64,000 bases of DNA from Macrostomum lignano (Eukaryota), in contig NIVC01002069.1 of assembly GCA_002269645.1 (NCBI GenBank), positions 124,001-188,000 on the forward strand, written 5' to 3'. Shown here piece after piece: positions 19,166 through 30,612 of the stretch (within the stretch, counting starts at the first letter, position 1; each line of letters opens with the position of its first letter). The notes below the pieces were generated by a model. That model was not told the DNA's origin. It ran no database searches and was given only the letters and a program-made list of their open reading frames with translations. The position numbers and the translations under genes were made by a program.

Positions 19166-19440
19166 TTTGGGGCTAAATTGGAATCTCGGCTTGGCTCTGC
19201 TCGTGCAATTATAGTCCAGCTTGAGGGTCAACCCCCAAGGCACAAGGCATTAAGTTAGGGCCACTGTAACACTCCTGTGTGAGTGTGTGCCTGTGCGTAT
19301 GACTGCGTACGTACATGTATCCGCACGCTTGTGTGCCTGCTCAGGGGAGTCGGCGGAATGGGCAGCAATGCCTCTCGCCGGTTGTGCGACAATGTCGCTT
19401 AAAGTGCGCCAGGGTGCACACAGTCTTCCTGCATCTAACA
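19166..19440 (+). mobile_element. Body of a SINE family 2 copy (continuation of 13343-13420)
   Basis: GAGGGTCAACCCCCAAGGCAC, GGGCCACTGTAACACTCCTGTGTGAG and GGAGTCGGCGGAATGGGCA..GACAATGTCGC are shared with copies at 20130-20400 and 52895-53490. Confidence 0.7.
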
Positions 19441-19497
19441 AAAAAATACATAAGAGGTACGTCAATATTCAATATCCATTTCAATGGCTTTGACCTA

Positions 19498-20118
19498 TAC
19501 TCAGCAACAGTCAAAAGTTCCACCCCACTAAGCGAGATGATTTTTTCACTTATTGCGAGTGACGCAACCTACGGCATGCGCAAAGCTTATTGCCGCTTGG
19601 GGGTGACTTGGGTCTGCTTAATGGTCCAAGGCCTGCATGGGCATTAAGCAGACCCAAGCCCAGGAACAACGCCCCGCCACACCAAGCCGATGCAGTTAGT
19701 CAACTGAAGGAACAGCTACAGCTGCGCACTCTGCGCTGGCCTTCCCGGTCCCCAGACATGAATCCCATCGAGCATGTCTGGGACTTCCTAGAACGTACCA
19801 TTCGAAAAGAGAATCCACCATAGAATGTTGCGGAGAGCTCTGCGTCATGCCATTGAAAACGCTTCGGAGCGGCTTTACCAGGACTTTCTGCTCCGCATCA
19901 TCATTGGGATGCCCCGCAGAATCGTCGCACTTCTGCGTGCGAGGGGATCCCACACGCATCGCGATTCTAACTGAATATTGCATAAAAAATTTATGATTTT
20001 ACTGATAGTCAATCAACTTTCCCTTCCTCGCGGCGGCTTAGTTGCGTAACTTGAGGGTGAATTGTGAGTGTGAAGTTTTCGCAATTTGGAGGGAGGAACT
20101 TTTGACTGTTGCTGAGTA
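19498..20118 (+). mobile_element. Tc1/mariner deletion derivative
   Basis: TIRs TACTCAGCAACAGTCAAAAGTTCC / GGAACTTTTGACTGTTGCTGAGTA with flanking TA. Internal transposase fragment WPSRSPDMNPIEHVWDFL (Tc1 DDE motif). Confidence 0.92.
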
Positions 20119-20129
20119 TATACCTATTG

Positions 20130-20400
20130 TTGTTGCTATCTAAACAAGATCAGCTCACAGTATTCAGCATAGCGTGTTCACCTGAGCGCCAAAACTGCAC
20201 GCACTCATACACACACTCACACAGGGTGTACAGCGGCCCTTTAGCATGTACACTCTGTAACGGGGTTGGGCCTCTTCATGGCTTGTGAAATTTTGAGTAC
20301 ACAAGCCCCAAATTAGTGTGTTTACGCACAGAATCGAACCTGCTGGGGTCGTGACGAAAGAGTCAGAATGGTTTTGCCGCCGAACTGCGCTGCCATTATA
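20130..20400 (-). mobile_element. tRNA-derived SINE family 2 copy
   Basis: Minus strand reads ..GACCCCAGCAGGTTCGATTC.. (B box), then the shared body ..GGCCCAACCCC..AGAGTGTACATG..GGGCCGCTGTACACCCTGTGTGAG. Confidence 0.7.
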
Positions 20401-22223
20401 TATTAAAAAACCTCATCAGAGAGAGACCGAAGTTTAGTCGAAATCACACAGATAATTAGCTCGTAGTTACATCTCTCAAAGTCACGGTTAAGCAAAAAAA
20501 GACAACAGAAATGGAGAAAAAAACTATCAAAGCAGGAATTTAGCATACTTTCTAAGCAACTCACATGCAATCATTAGAAGTTCATCATCAACACTAGTAC
20601 TGAAGCACTTGTGTCAAAACACTTCGGTATCATCAACCTAGATAGAAACAAAATTATTTTGAAATAAATCAAACAGAAAAAACAGATTCAAATTAAATTA
20701 AACAAAAAACACCAACAACGATGTTGTAAGAAAATTTTTCTATTTCGAATTTATTGGAAATTGAAAAATTACAATATCTCATATGCAGATACTACTCGTA
20801 TCATTTTAGTAGTGCAAATTATTTCATTTGAAATAAAAAACTATAAAAATATTCTTTATTGTTTGCCAAAATATACAAATATGGGCCTATATAATACTAT
20901 TAGTAATGATATATACTGAATTTTAAGTACAATGGAATACGAAACTTTAAACCAAAAGCCTGATTAAGAATGCATGCATACACGATAATTAATAATTAAA
21001 AATATTCTTCGGCACACTAAATAATTGATCTATGTAAGTCACATTCCAGAAAGTAATGAGTACTACTAATAGTAATGCTGCAGATAATAAACACAATTTG
21101 AAATAATTACATATTCTGATTTTACTGAATATAACTGACCAGAATTTTACTGAGAAAATAAGGAATCAGTAGTGCCGCTATTTGAGCAAAATATGAATTT
21201 AAAATAAAACATGTTCACTCTAGAAAGGTTTCGAAATTGAAATCATTAACAATATAAGTAGTATAAAAATTGTTTTATTTAATTAGGAAAGACACAATCA
21301 ATTAACACATACAGAAGTGAATTTTTGTCTAATACAAATATACATCGAATACTATGTACTGATTACTAATAGTAAGATGTCAGGTAATTTCCGATATTAT
21401 GGACTATTCCATAGCTTGTAAAGATTTCTACCACCCACTTTTTTACTTTTATACTACTAAGAAGGCAATTTATTTATTATGGTTGTACATAATGAAGACC
21501 TAGTTAAGTTTCTTTCTATCGTCTAGTCTGTGACAGTGCAGCTTAGAGTGACGAGCTGTCTATTTGATTGACACTTTCTATCAAATTGATTAGCTTTATT
21601 GTTTAAGGCCGAATGCAGACTGTTGGCAGCACATATACGAGAATAACTAGATGTGCCACTTAGCATATTTGCGTGTAAGCTACTTTCAACTCAGTAGTAA
21701 GTTAAACAGAAGTATTTTAATGTATTTTTAAAGCCCAGGCTTATTCGTTACCACTTTCACCCCACTTACACTTTCAAAGTAGAACCTATGGAACGAATTT
21801 GCATTGTGTCTATGGTACAATCTATCTAATCTTTCTTGAATAAGATTTTCAACTCTGGATAGCCCAATGAAAACGGTATCAAGGCCAAGAAGCGTTTCAA
21901 AGTCGTCGCAGTTCACAGGAAAAATCGAAAAGAGTGACTCCAAACGACTCTGAAATCAGTCACCAAAGAGTCGCCTAAGAGCCAATTTTAAGCGTTTTAG
22001 TTTCTGCGACTCTGGGGTAACGAAAGGTGACTCTGGGGCCGTAGAGTCGTATATCTAGAGTCTGAGACTCGCATTATGCATTTTATGACAGCTGTTTAGT
22101 CTACGCAAGTGAGTAGAAATTTAAGCTCTAACACAACGACTCTTAGACAAAATTTTCCCAACTCTTACGATTCTGTAACTCGCGCGATGCGCTCTCGTGA
22201 CAGAACAGTCACCTCTCCGTCGC

Positions 22224-22470
22224 GGGTGGGTTTCACAAACGCGAAATTTCACAACCGCTAAAAGCACTTGCTTTCGTAAACGCGAAACTTCACAATTGCA
22301 AAACTTCACAACCGCTAAAAAGACTGCCGTATATGAAAGTAAGTGCAAAAATTTTAGCGGTTGTGAAGTTTCGCGGTTGTAAAAGTAGATGACATTTAGC
22401 GGCTGTGAAGTTTCGCGTTTATGAAAGGTGATTTAGCGGTTGTAAAATTTCGCGTATGTGAAAGCAACCC
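22224..22470. mobile_element. MITE with 8-bp target-site duplication
   Basis: TIRs GGGTGGGTTTCAC / GTGAAAGCAACCC, identical flanking TCCGTCGC (22216-22223, 22471-22478), and mirrored internal repeats (TTCACAACCGCTAAA / TTTAGCGGTTGTGAA). Confidence 0.85.
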
Positions 22471-22600
22471 TCCGTCGCATTGCAGTCGTTTGATGTCGTT
22501 AAAAAGCCCATAGTCACTAGTTGAGTTGTTTGCAATGGATATTTAGCAATTCTTGTCAAGGTAACGTTTTCAACGGATGTTCGCTATTATCTACATAAGA

Positions 22601-25600
22601 TTAATCTACATCGCCGGGTGACTGAGACTGGCCACTCTGATCAGTGTTACTAGCTGGCATCAGACTGTAGTACGATGGATCAGCCAATAGCTGAGTAGCT
22701 GCGGTAACGCTTGGATTTGGAGAACTATCATCAATTGTGTCTAAGATGACAGTTGATGGTTGATCGACTGCACTGTCCGAGTTGTTGGACACAATTTCTG
22801 CGCAAATGTTAGTGCAAGGTGATGTTACAGTACGTTGGAATTAGTAAAGGCTAAAAATTTGATTACTATTTTTTATAAGTGGAACATTTTTATATTTCTA
22901 TTGTAAGTAGAAAATCGAGGAACTGTTAAGTATAATAATTATAACTCGTACATTTGTATCTCTACATTAATCGCAAACACCATAATTTTTTTCGCAAATT
23001 TTGCAATTCCAACGTCCTTAGATATGCTAGTAGAGTAAATACAACTGTTATAAAATGTGTAATAATGTTTTCTGCAAAGAATTTGCAAGACTTCACATTG
23101 AAAAGTTCCATTATCTATAATAATTTATAGGGGGCCATAGACAGTGCTAGCTACTACTTAAACTTCTCTAACTATATTACTACATCTAACTACACTAATA
23201 CTATACAAATGTGCTGAAAATACTACTAGCTAATTAACTACTCACCAGCCGAGTCGCAAACAGAGTCCACTTTAACAAGATCTGAACTGTCATTCGAAGA
23301 ATCTGGCCGACGATTGGAATTCTCTGAACCTGCGGAAGCAGTGGCGACGGGGGCGGCGGCGGCGGCGGCAGGAGCTGACTGATCAGCCGAGGTGAGAGTG
23401 GCGGCTGAGCTGGCAGACTGCTGCACAATACGATCGACTTCTGTTAACGAATGAAAGACAAAAATTCAACTCTAAATGTGCATTCAAGATTCGAGATGAA
23501 AACGGTTACTGATAAAAAATGAGCTGATGACCAACTGCGTTTTATTGGAGAAATGTATGAAACTTTAGTACAAGTATATTGATTATTTGCATTTATAAGA
23601 TTGTTTTAAATACAGCTATGCATATTGAAATTTCATGGTAGTGCTTGACGATATCAAGTGTTGAAAACAGCCCAGCAACTGAGGATCTGGGAGGCTGTTG
23701 GCCCAGCAACTGAGGATCTGGGAGGCTGGCCTAGCAACTGAGGATCTGGGAGGCTGGCTCAGCAACTGAGGATCTGGGAGGCTGTTGGCCCAGCAACTGA
23801 GGATCTGGGAGGCTGGCTCAGCAACTGAGGATCTGGGAGGCTGTTGGCCCAGCAACTGAGGATCTGGAGGCTGGCTCAGCAACTGAGGATCTGGGAGGCT
23901 GTTGGCCAGCAACTGAGGATCTGGGAGGCTGGCTCAGCAACTGAGGATCTGGGAGGCTGTTGGCCAGCAACTGAGGATCTGGGAGGCTGGGCCAGCAACT
24001 GAGGATCTGGGAGGCTGGCTCAGCAACTGAGGATCTGGGAGGCTGTTGGCCCAGCAACTGAGGATCTGGGAGGCTGGCCCAGCAACTGGGATTTGGGAGG
24101 CTGGCTCAGCAACTGAGGATCTGGGAGGCTGTTGGCCCAGCAACTGAGGATCTGGGAGGCTGGCTCAGCAACTGAGGATCTGGGAGGCTGGCTCAGCAAC
24201 TGAGGATCTGGGAGGCTGGCTCAGCAACTGAGGATCTGGGAGGCTGGGCCAGCAACTGAGGATCTGGGAGGCTGTTGGCCCAGCAACTGAGGATCTGGGA
24301 GGCTCCAGCAACTGAGGATCTGGGAGGCTGGCCAGCAACTGAGGATTGGGAGGCTGTGGCCCAGCAACTGAGGATTGGGAGGCTGGGAGCAACTGAGGAT
24401 TGGGAGGCTGGCCAGCAACTGAGGATTTGGGAGGCTGGATGGCCCAGCAACTGAGGATATGGGAGGCCGGCTCAGCAACTGAGGATTTGGGAGGCTGGAT
24501 GGCCCAGCAACTGGGGATCTGAGAGGCTGGAGTTGTTAGAGCAACGGAGTGTGAGGGCACATTATAATTTTTAATTTAGTGCCATGCAATTTAGAATTTC
24601 ACATCTAACCCTGTACAACATAGTAAAAGTATCTTGAAATAAAATGATTTAGATAAAGTCGCATTAGAAAGGTAAAAAGGTACACCGAAAAAATTTAGCA
24701 ACCTTTCCAGTGCAGAACTCCAACAGTGAGATGAAAATCTTCTGGAAATAAAGATAGCAGATTCATACAGACGGATGGGGACCACAGATGAGATTTTAAT
24801 AAAAATAGTTTGCATATTTTCAGTTTCTGTACGAACACAAGCTGCAGTCAAGTTCGAAGCTCTCTCATTGGCTGAGCTAGATTGGGCCTGCCCCTAAGTT
24901 TCGTTTGTCTGAATTTGACCTCTCTCCGTACTGCTCTCTCATTGGCTAAGCTAGATTGGGCCTGCCCCCTGGACTGAGTTTCGTTTGTCTGAATTTGACT
25001 TCTCTCCGTACTGCTCTCTGATTGGCTGAGCTAGATTGGGCCTGAGTTTTGTCAGTCTTGTTTTCATTTGTTGTTCAAATGCTTGTTGTTCATTCTTAAC
25101 CTCCTATGCTCCTGAGGCCGCGAGCTCCCAAAAAGGAAGATTAATTATAGCCATCACAAATAATTTAAGTGACACAGCGCAGACAAAACTACTAAAACAA
25201 GAGTAGACGCTTTACTTTTTAAACAATAATCCATCGAAATAAATTTTTATATTTACCGGTGTAGCCGAATGCCTCGCTAGCTAATTCTGATTGACAGTCT
25301 GGCGATGGCGCCCTGTAGGCTACGGTGTCCTCGTCGAACTCCTGGGCCTCGATTTCGTAGGCATCATCGTTGACTGAGACTCGCTGCCTGAGAATACAAG
25401 TGAGCACAGGATCGCAGGTTAGATGTTTTTCTCCGGTGTGAAACACTTTTTGGTGAAATGACGTCATTCTTAACTAATATTTGAGATACATCCTTATTTG
25501 AGATTCAATGCTAACAAAAATGACGTCATCATTTCTAATTTGGGATTCCATCCCATGCTAACAAAATGACGTCATTATTCCTAATTTGGGATGCCATACT

Positions 25601-28600
25601 AACAAAATGACGCCATTACTCCTAATTTGGGAATTTAGGCTAATGAAATGACGTCATTATTCCTAATTTGGGATTCCATGCTAACGAAATGACGTCATTA
25701 TTCCAAATTTGGGATTCCATGCTAACTTAACGACGTCATTATTCCTAATTTGGGATTCCATGCTAACGAAATGACGTCACTATTCCAAATTTGGGATTCC
25801 ATGCTAACTTAACGACGTCATTTTACTCTATTGTATAATTTTCATGTCTGCAAACCAAATAAAGAAGGGTTGTTTTTTTAACTAAAATTCGATTTATAGA
25901 AGTCATTTTAAATTAATATATAGAAAAAATGAAAACTCACAGTGGTTCAGAGTCCTGTCTATGAAGCTGGGGTAGTCTAGGCCTAGTGACTCCATCACCG
26001 GCATGCACTGTAGCAGCAGCACCGCTACTAGCACTGGCAGCCAATTGTCTATTGTACTGCTCCTGTAGCAAAGTGAGTTGCACCTGCAATTCCAGCACTA
26101 TATTTTCGTACTGTTTAATCTCGTTCGCGTGTTCAGTATTGGCAGTTTGCCGAGCTGTAGTCGCAGCTTCGCGCTCTTCAATTAATCGCTTGTTTAGCTG
26201 CAAGAAATTCAAAATAGGCTCAGAGCTGCAAATCAATGCCAAATACTTATCTTAATTATCATATAAAAAATGTGCTCTAAGCTGGTGTACTAGTAATAGA
26301 TAACGTATAATCAGTTGGTCAGCTGGTCTGATCCACCGCTTTTTTGACTCTTCATCACTCTTTGTCAGCTGGTCTTATCCACCGCTTTGTTGACTCTTCA
26401 TCACTCTTTGTCAGCTGGTCTTATCCACCGCTTTGTTGACTCTTCATCACTCTTTGTCAGCTGGTCTTATCCACAGCTTTGTTGACTCTTCATCACTCTT
26501 TGTCAGCTGGTCTTATCCACAGCTTTGTTGACTCTTCATCACTCTTTGTCAGCTGGTCTTATCCACAGCTTTGTTGACTCTTCATCACTCTTTGTCAGCT
26601 GGTCTTAGCCACCGCTTTGTTGAGTCTTTATCACTCTTTGTCAGCTGGTCTTAGCCACCGCTTTGTTGAGTCTTTATCACTCTTTGTCAGCCGGTCTTAG
26701 CCACCGCTTTGTTGAGTCTTTATCACTCTTTGTCAGCCGGTCTTAGCCACCGCTTTGTTGAGTCTTTATCACTCTTTGTCAGCCGGTCTTAGCCACCGCT
26801 TTGTTGAGTCTTTATCACTCTTTGTCAGCCGGTCTTAGCCACCGCTTTGTTGAGTCTTCATTAATCTTTGTCATCAGCTGGTCGTAACCATCGGCATTTG
26901 AGTCTTCATCACTTTTTGTCAACGGGTCTTACCCCCCCCCCCGGTTTTTAGTGTATTTATCAGCACTTACTATTTATCACTGACCTTAGTTATGGAATAT
27001 GGACACAAATACTTTTATACTTATCTATAAGAGATTTGTGTGCATTATATACTCGTACTTTACTTGTTACTTATTAGTAGGCGATGTTTCAAACTTACTG
27101 TCCGGTTTTTTATCTACTGAACTCACCTCCTCTAGGTAGGATTTCTGTTCGGCAGTTCGCTTTAACTGCGCTTCAATCCGGAGGTATCTGGCTCGCCAGT
27201 CGCAGTGCGCACAGTCAGATAGAGGAGTCTCAGACTCTGCTGAAGCCGCCGCCTCAGTTAGTGCTTCAGCCTCTGGCGAGCTGGCATCGGTGGCCAATTC
27301 AATCTGATCGTCTAGTTTAGCCTCGTCCAATACTAGCAGATGCATATGAGCTGCATAGTTAATTGGACAGGTGCGGGGATAGCAGAGCTCTTCTAATAGT
27401 TTCGGACAGCGAAGGTCAAAGCTGAGATCCAGAGCGTCTAAGCCAGCTAACTGGGAGACCAGAGCCACCGCATCTGGACAACGAAATACCGAGTCCTCAA
27501 AATAGTGCAGTCTGTAAGGATATGATAATATAACATTATAACCTTTGCATCTAGCTTCTAATCATATCTATATAACTGCCTGCAATTCCAGGTAGATAAA
27601 TACCTGTAGCAATCCCAGAGGTCGGAGTCTAGCTATGAATATTGAGCTTGACAACGAAGACAGACTGCCCTAATACCGTCAGTTATAATCTGCCTTCACT
27701 AGCATTCACAAGTGACACAATATGTCACATTGCCACTGTGCCAAGAGTGAAGGACAATTACAGGTAGATAAATACCTGTAGCAATCCCAGAGGTCGGAGT
27801 CTAGCTATGAATATTGAGCTTGACAACGAAGACAGACTGCCCTAATACCGTCAGTTATAATCTGCCTTCACTAGCATTCACAAGTGACACAATATGTCAC
27901 ATTGCCACTGTGCCAAGAGTGAAGGACAATTACAGGTAGGTAAATACCTGTAGCAATCCCAGAGGTCGGAGTCTAGCTACGAATATTGAGCTCGACAACG
28001 AAGACAGACTGCATTGATACCGTCAGTTATAATCTGCCTTCACTAGCATTCACAAGTGACACAATAATGCCACTGTGCCAAGAGTGAAGGACAATTACAG
28101 GTAGGTAAATACCTGTAGCAATCCCAGAGGTCGGAGTCTAGCTATGAATATTGAGCTTGACAACGAAGACAGACTGCCCTAATACCGTCAGTTATAATCT
28201 GCCTTCACTAGCATTCACAAGTGACACAATAATGCCACTGTGCCAAGAGTGAAGGACAATTACAGGTAGGTAAATACCTGTAGCAATCCCAGAGGTCGGA
28301 GTCTAGCTATGAATATTGAGCTTGACAACGAAGACAGACTGCCCTAATACCGTCAGTTATAATCTACCTTCACTAGCATTCACAAGTGACACAATATGTC
28401 ACATTGCCACTGTGCCAAGAGTGAAGGACAATTACAGGTAGATAAATACCTGTAGCAATCCCAGAGGTCGGAGTCTAGCTATGAATATTGAGCTTGACAA
28501 CGAAGACAGACTGCATTGATACCGTCAGTTATAATCTGCCTTCACTAGCATTCACAAGTGACGCAATTGTATTAGCGAAGTCACTGTGCCAAGAGTGAAG

Positions 28601-30342
28601 GACAATTACAGGTAGGTAAATACCTGTAGCAATCCCAGAGGTCGGAGTCTAGCTACGAATATTGAGCTCGACAACGAAGACAGACTGCATTGATACCGTC
28701 AGTTATAATCTGCCTTCACTAGCATTCACAAGTGACACAATAATGCCACTGTGCCAAGAGTGAAGGACAATTACAGGTAGGTAAATACCTGTAGCAATCC
28801 CAGAGGTCGGAGTCTAGCTATGAATATTGAGCTTGACAACGAAGACAGACTGCCCTAATACCGTCAGTTATAATCTACCTTCACTAGCATTCACAAGTGA
28901 CACAATAATGCCACTGTGCCAAGAGTGAAGGACAATTACAGGTAGGTAAATACCTGTAGCAATCCCAGAGGTCGGAGTCTAGCTATGAATATTGAGCTTG
29001 ACAACGAAGACAGACTGCCCTAATACCGTCAGTTATAATCTGCCTTCACTAGCATTCACAAGTGACACAATATGTCACATTGCCACTGTGCCAAGAGTGA
29101 AGGACAATTACAGGTAGGTAAATACCTGTAGCAATCCCAGAGGTCGGAGTCTAGCTACGAATATTGAGCTCGACAACGAAGACAGACTGCATTGATACCG
29201 TCAGTTATAATCTGCCTTCAGTAGCATTCACAAGTGACACAATAATGCCACTGTGCCAAGAGTGAAGGACAATTACAGGTAGGTAAATACCTGTAGCAAT
29301 CCCAGAGGTCGGAGTCTAGCTATGAATATTGAGCTTGACAACGAAGACAGACTGCCCTAATACCGTCAGTTATAATCTGCCTTCACTAGCATTCACAAGT
29401 GACACAATATGTCACATTGCCACTGTGCCAAGAGTGAAGGACAATTACAGGTAGGTAAATACCTGTAGCAATCCCAGAGGTCGGAGTCTAGCTACGAATA
29501 TTGAGCTCGACAACGAAGACAGACTGCATTGATACCGTCAGTTATAATCTGCCTTCACTAGCATTCACAAGTGACGCAATTGTATTAGCGAAGTCACTGT
29601 GCCAAGAGTGAAGAACAATCCAAAATAGGATTAGGATTTAGGGCTGACTTAAACCACAGTATATTAATGTGAATTATTTTGATGAAAAACATAAAATCAC
29701 CAACTTACTCAAGGACGGATCGCTTGGCAAGCAGGGTGTCAAGCAGTTGATAAAGGCACTTATTCATCAAGGCTAATCTGATGGCACCGCGAAACTGCAA
29801 TGGTAGCAACACAACGGAGTTAAAAATATGCTACTAATAAAAAACACAAATTGAAGGCTTACCCTCCCGATAAAGTGGTTCAGTTTGTCCAAACTTTCAA
29901 TAGTTTGAAACAGATTTAAAGTGCCCTTAGAAGTGCAGGACCGAAGTACAGTGTATGGATTTCTTTTATTGTCAATGCTACCTATAAATGAATATTATTA
30001 AGCAAGAACATTGTATAATTAAACTTAAACATACATAGACTAGCAGTAATACACAAAACTCACCCTTGAACTGAAAAAAGAAGATTGTCTCAATAATATT
30101 AAGAAGATTTTGCAGATCCAATGACGATTCTTCAACAACTTGAAAGCAGGCTCTGTCTAATATACTCTTCACACATAGACTGCAATGAAAAATAGATCAA
30201 GTGTGAAGTCAGATTTTGTCACATTTTTAAAAGTAATTAAAACAAAATCTTACCTGCAAACAGTGACTAAATTGTGTCTTGTAATGGCAATTGCTTGAGA
30301 TGCATGTCTAAGGCTTTGCTTTAGAGCCTGCTTGTCAGCCAT
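22601..30342 (-). CDS. RUNDC3: RUN domain-containing protein 3 (RPIP8/RUNDC3A/B) orthologue, 9 coding exons
   Basis: Phase-consistent GT-AG exons 30254-30342, 30064-30179, 29863-29981, 29709-29794, 27127-27511, 25941-26197, 25257-25387, 23246-23440, 22601-22797. Motifs AITRHNLVTVC, IRLALMNK, LAGLDALDLSFDL, WRARYLRIEAQLKRTAEQKSYLEE and NIVLELQVQL parallel recalled RUNDC3 motifs (ERKNLITVCR, IRVALMEK, LIGLSAIDFSFCL, AQKGYLEE, VILELQEQL). Confidence 0.88.
23672..24530. repeat. ~28-30-bp minisatellite in a RUNDC3 intron
   Basis: Unit CCCAGCAACTGAGGATCTGGGAGGCTG(TT)GG with indel variants. Confidence 0.95.
25460..25822. repeat. ~40-bp minisatellite in a RUNDC3 intron
   Basis: Unit ATGACGTCATTATTCCTAATTTGGGATTCCATGCTAAC... 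Confidence 0.9.
26315..26920. repeat. 46-bp minisatellite in a RUNDC3 intron
   Basis: Unit CTCTTTGTCAGCTGGTCTTATCCACCGCTTTGTTGACTCTTCATCA; variants change progressively along the array. Confidence 0.95.
27589..29613. repeat. 165-172-bp satellite (about 12 copies) in RUNDC3 intron 4
   Basis: Units start CAGGTAG(A/G)TAAATACCTGTAGCAATCCCAGAGG; spacings of 172, 172 and 165 nt measured for the first units. Confidence 0.96.
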
Positions 30343-30413
30343 GCAATTATTATTTACATGCAATAGAGAGGTAGTTATATTAAATATTGTTCCGTTTGAA
30401 AGCTGTTTAGTTA

Positions 30414-30612
30414 GGGGATTGTAGCCTAGTGGTTAGTGTTAGACTCCCAACTTGAAGCTTGGGTTTTATTCCTAATTCCATTTGTTAAAAAACTTGTATA
30501 CTTAAGCAAGGCATTCAACTCTGCATTGCTTCAGTTTACCCAGCTATAAAATGGGTACTAGCATTAGCTGGGGTAATTGAGGGTGTGTGGCGACCCCCAG
30601 TCCAAAGACTGT
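30414..30612 (+). mobile_element. SINE family 1 (CORE-like), degenerate copy
   Basis: GGGGATTGTAGCCTAGTGGTTAG head and CTTCAGTTTACCCAGCTATAAAATGGGT core match the copies at 57264 and 60169. Confidence 0.75.

Noticed and set aside
19215-20280. Possible large TIR element enclosing the Tc1
   Set aside because: The inverted arms are better explained as two opposite-orientation SINE-2 copies, and no TSD was found.
21600-22100. Possible Harbinger transposase remnant (minus ORF 21728-21943, FETLLGL..IQERL..ANSF)
   Set aside because: The resemblance is faint and no convincing TIR pair or TWA TSD was found; it needs an HMM search.
27589-29613. CRISPR-like appearance of regular repeats (also 8837-9126 and 58066-58715)
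   Set aside because: No unique spacers, no cas genes, and an intron-containing eukaryotic context.
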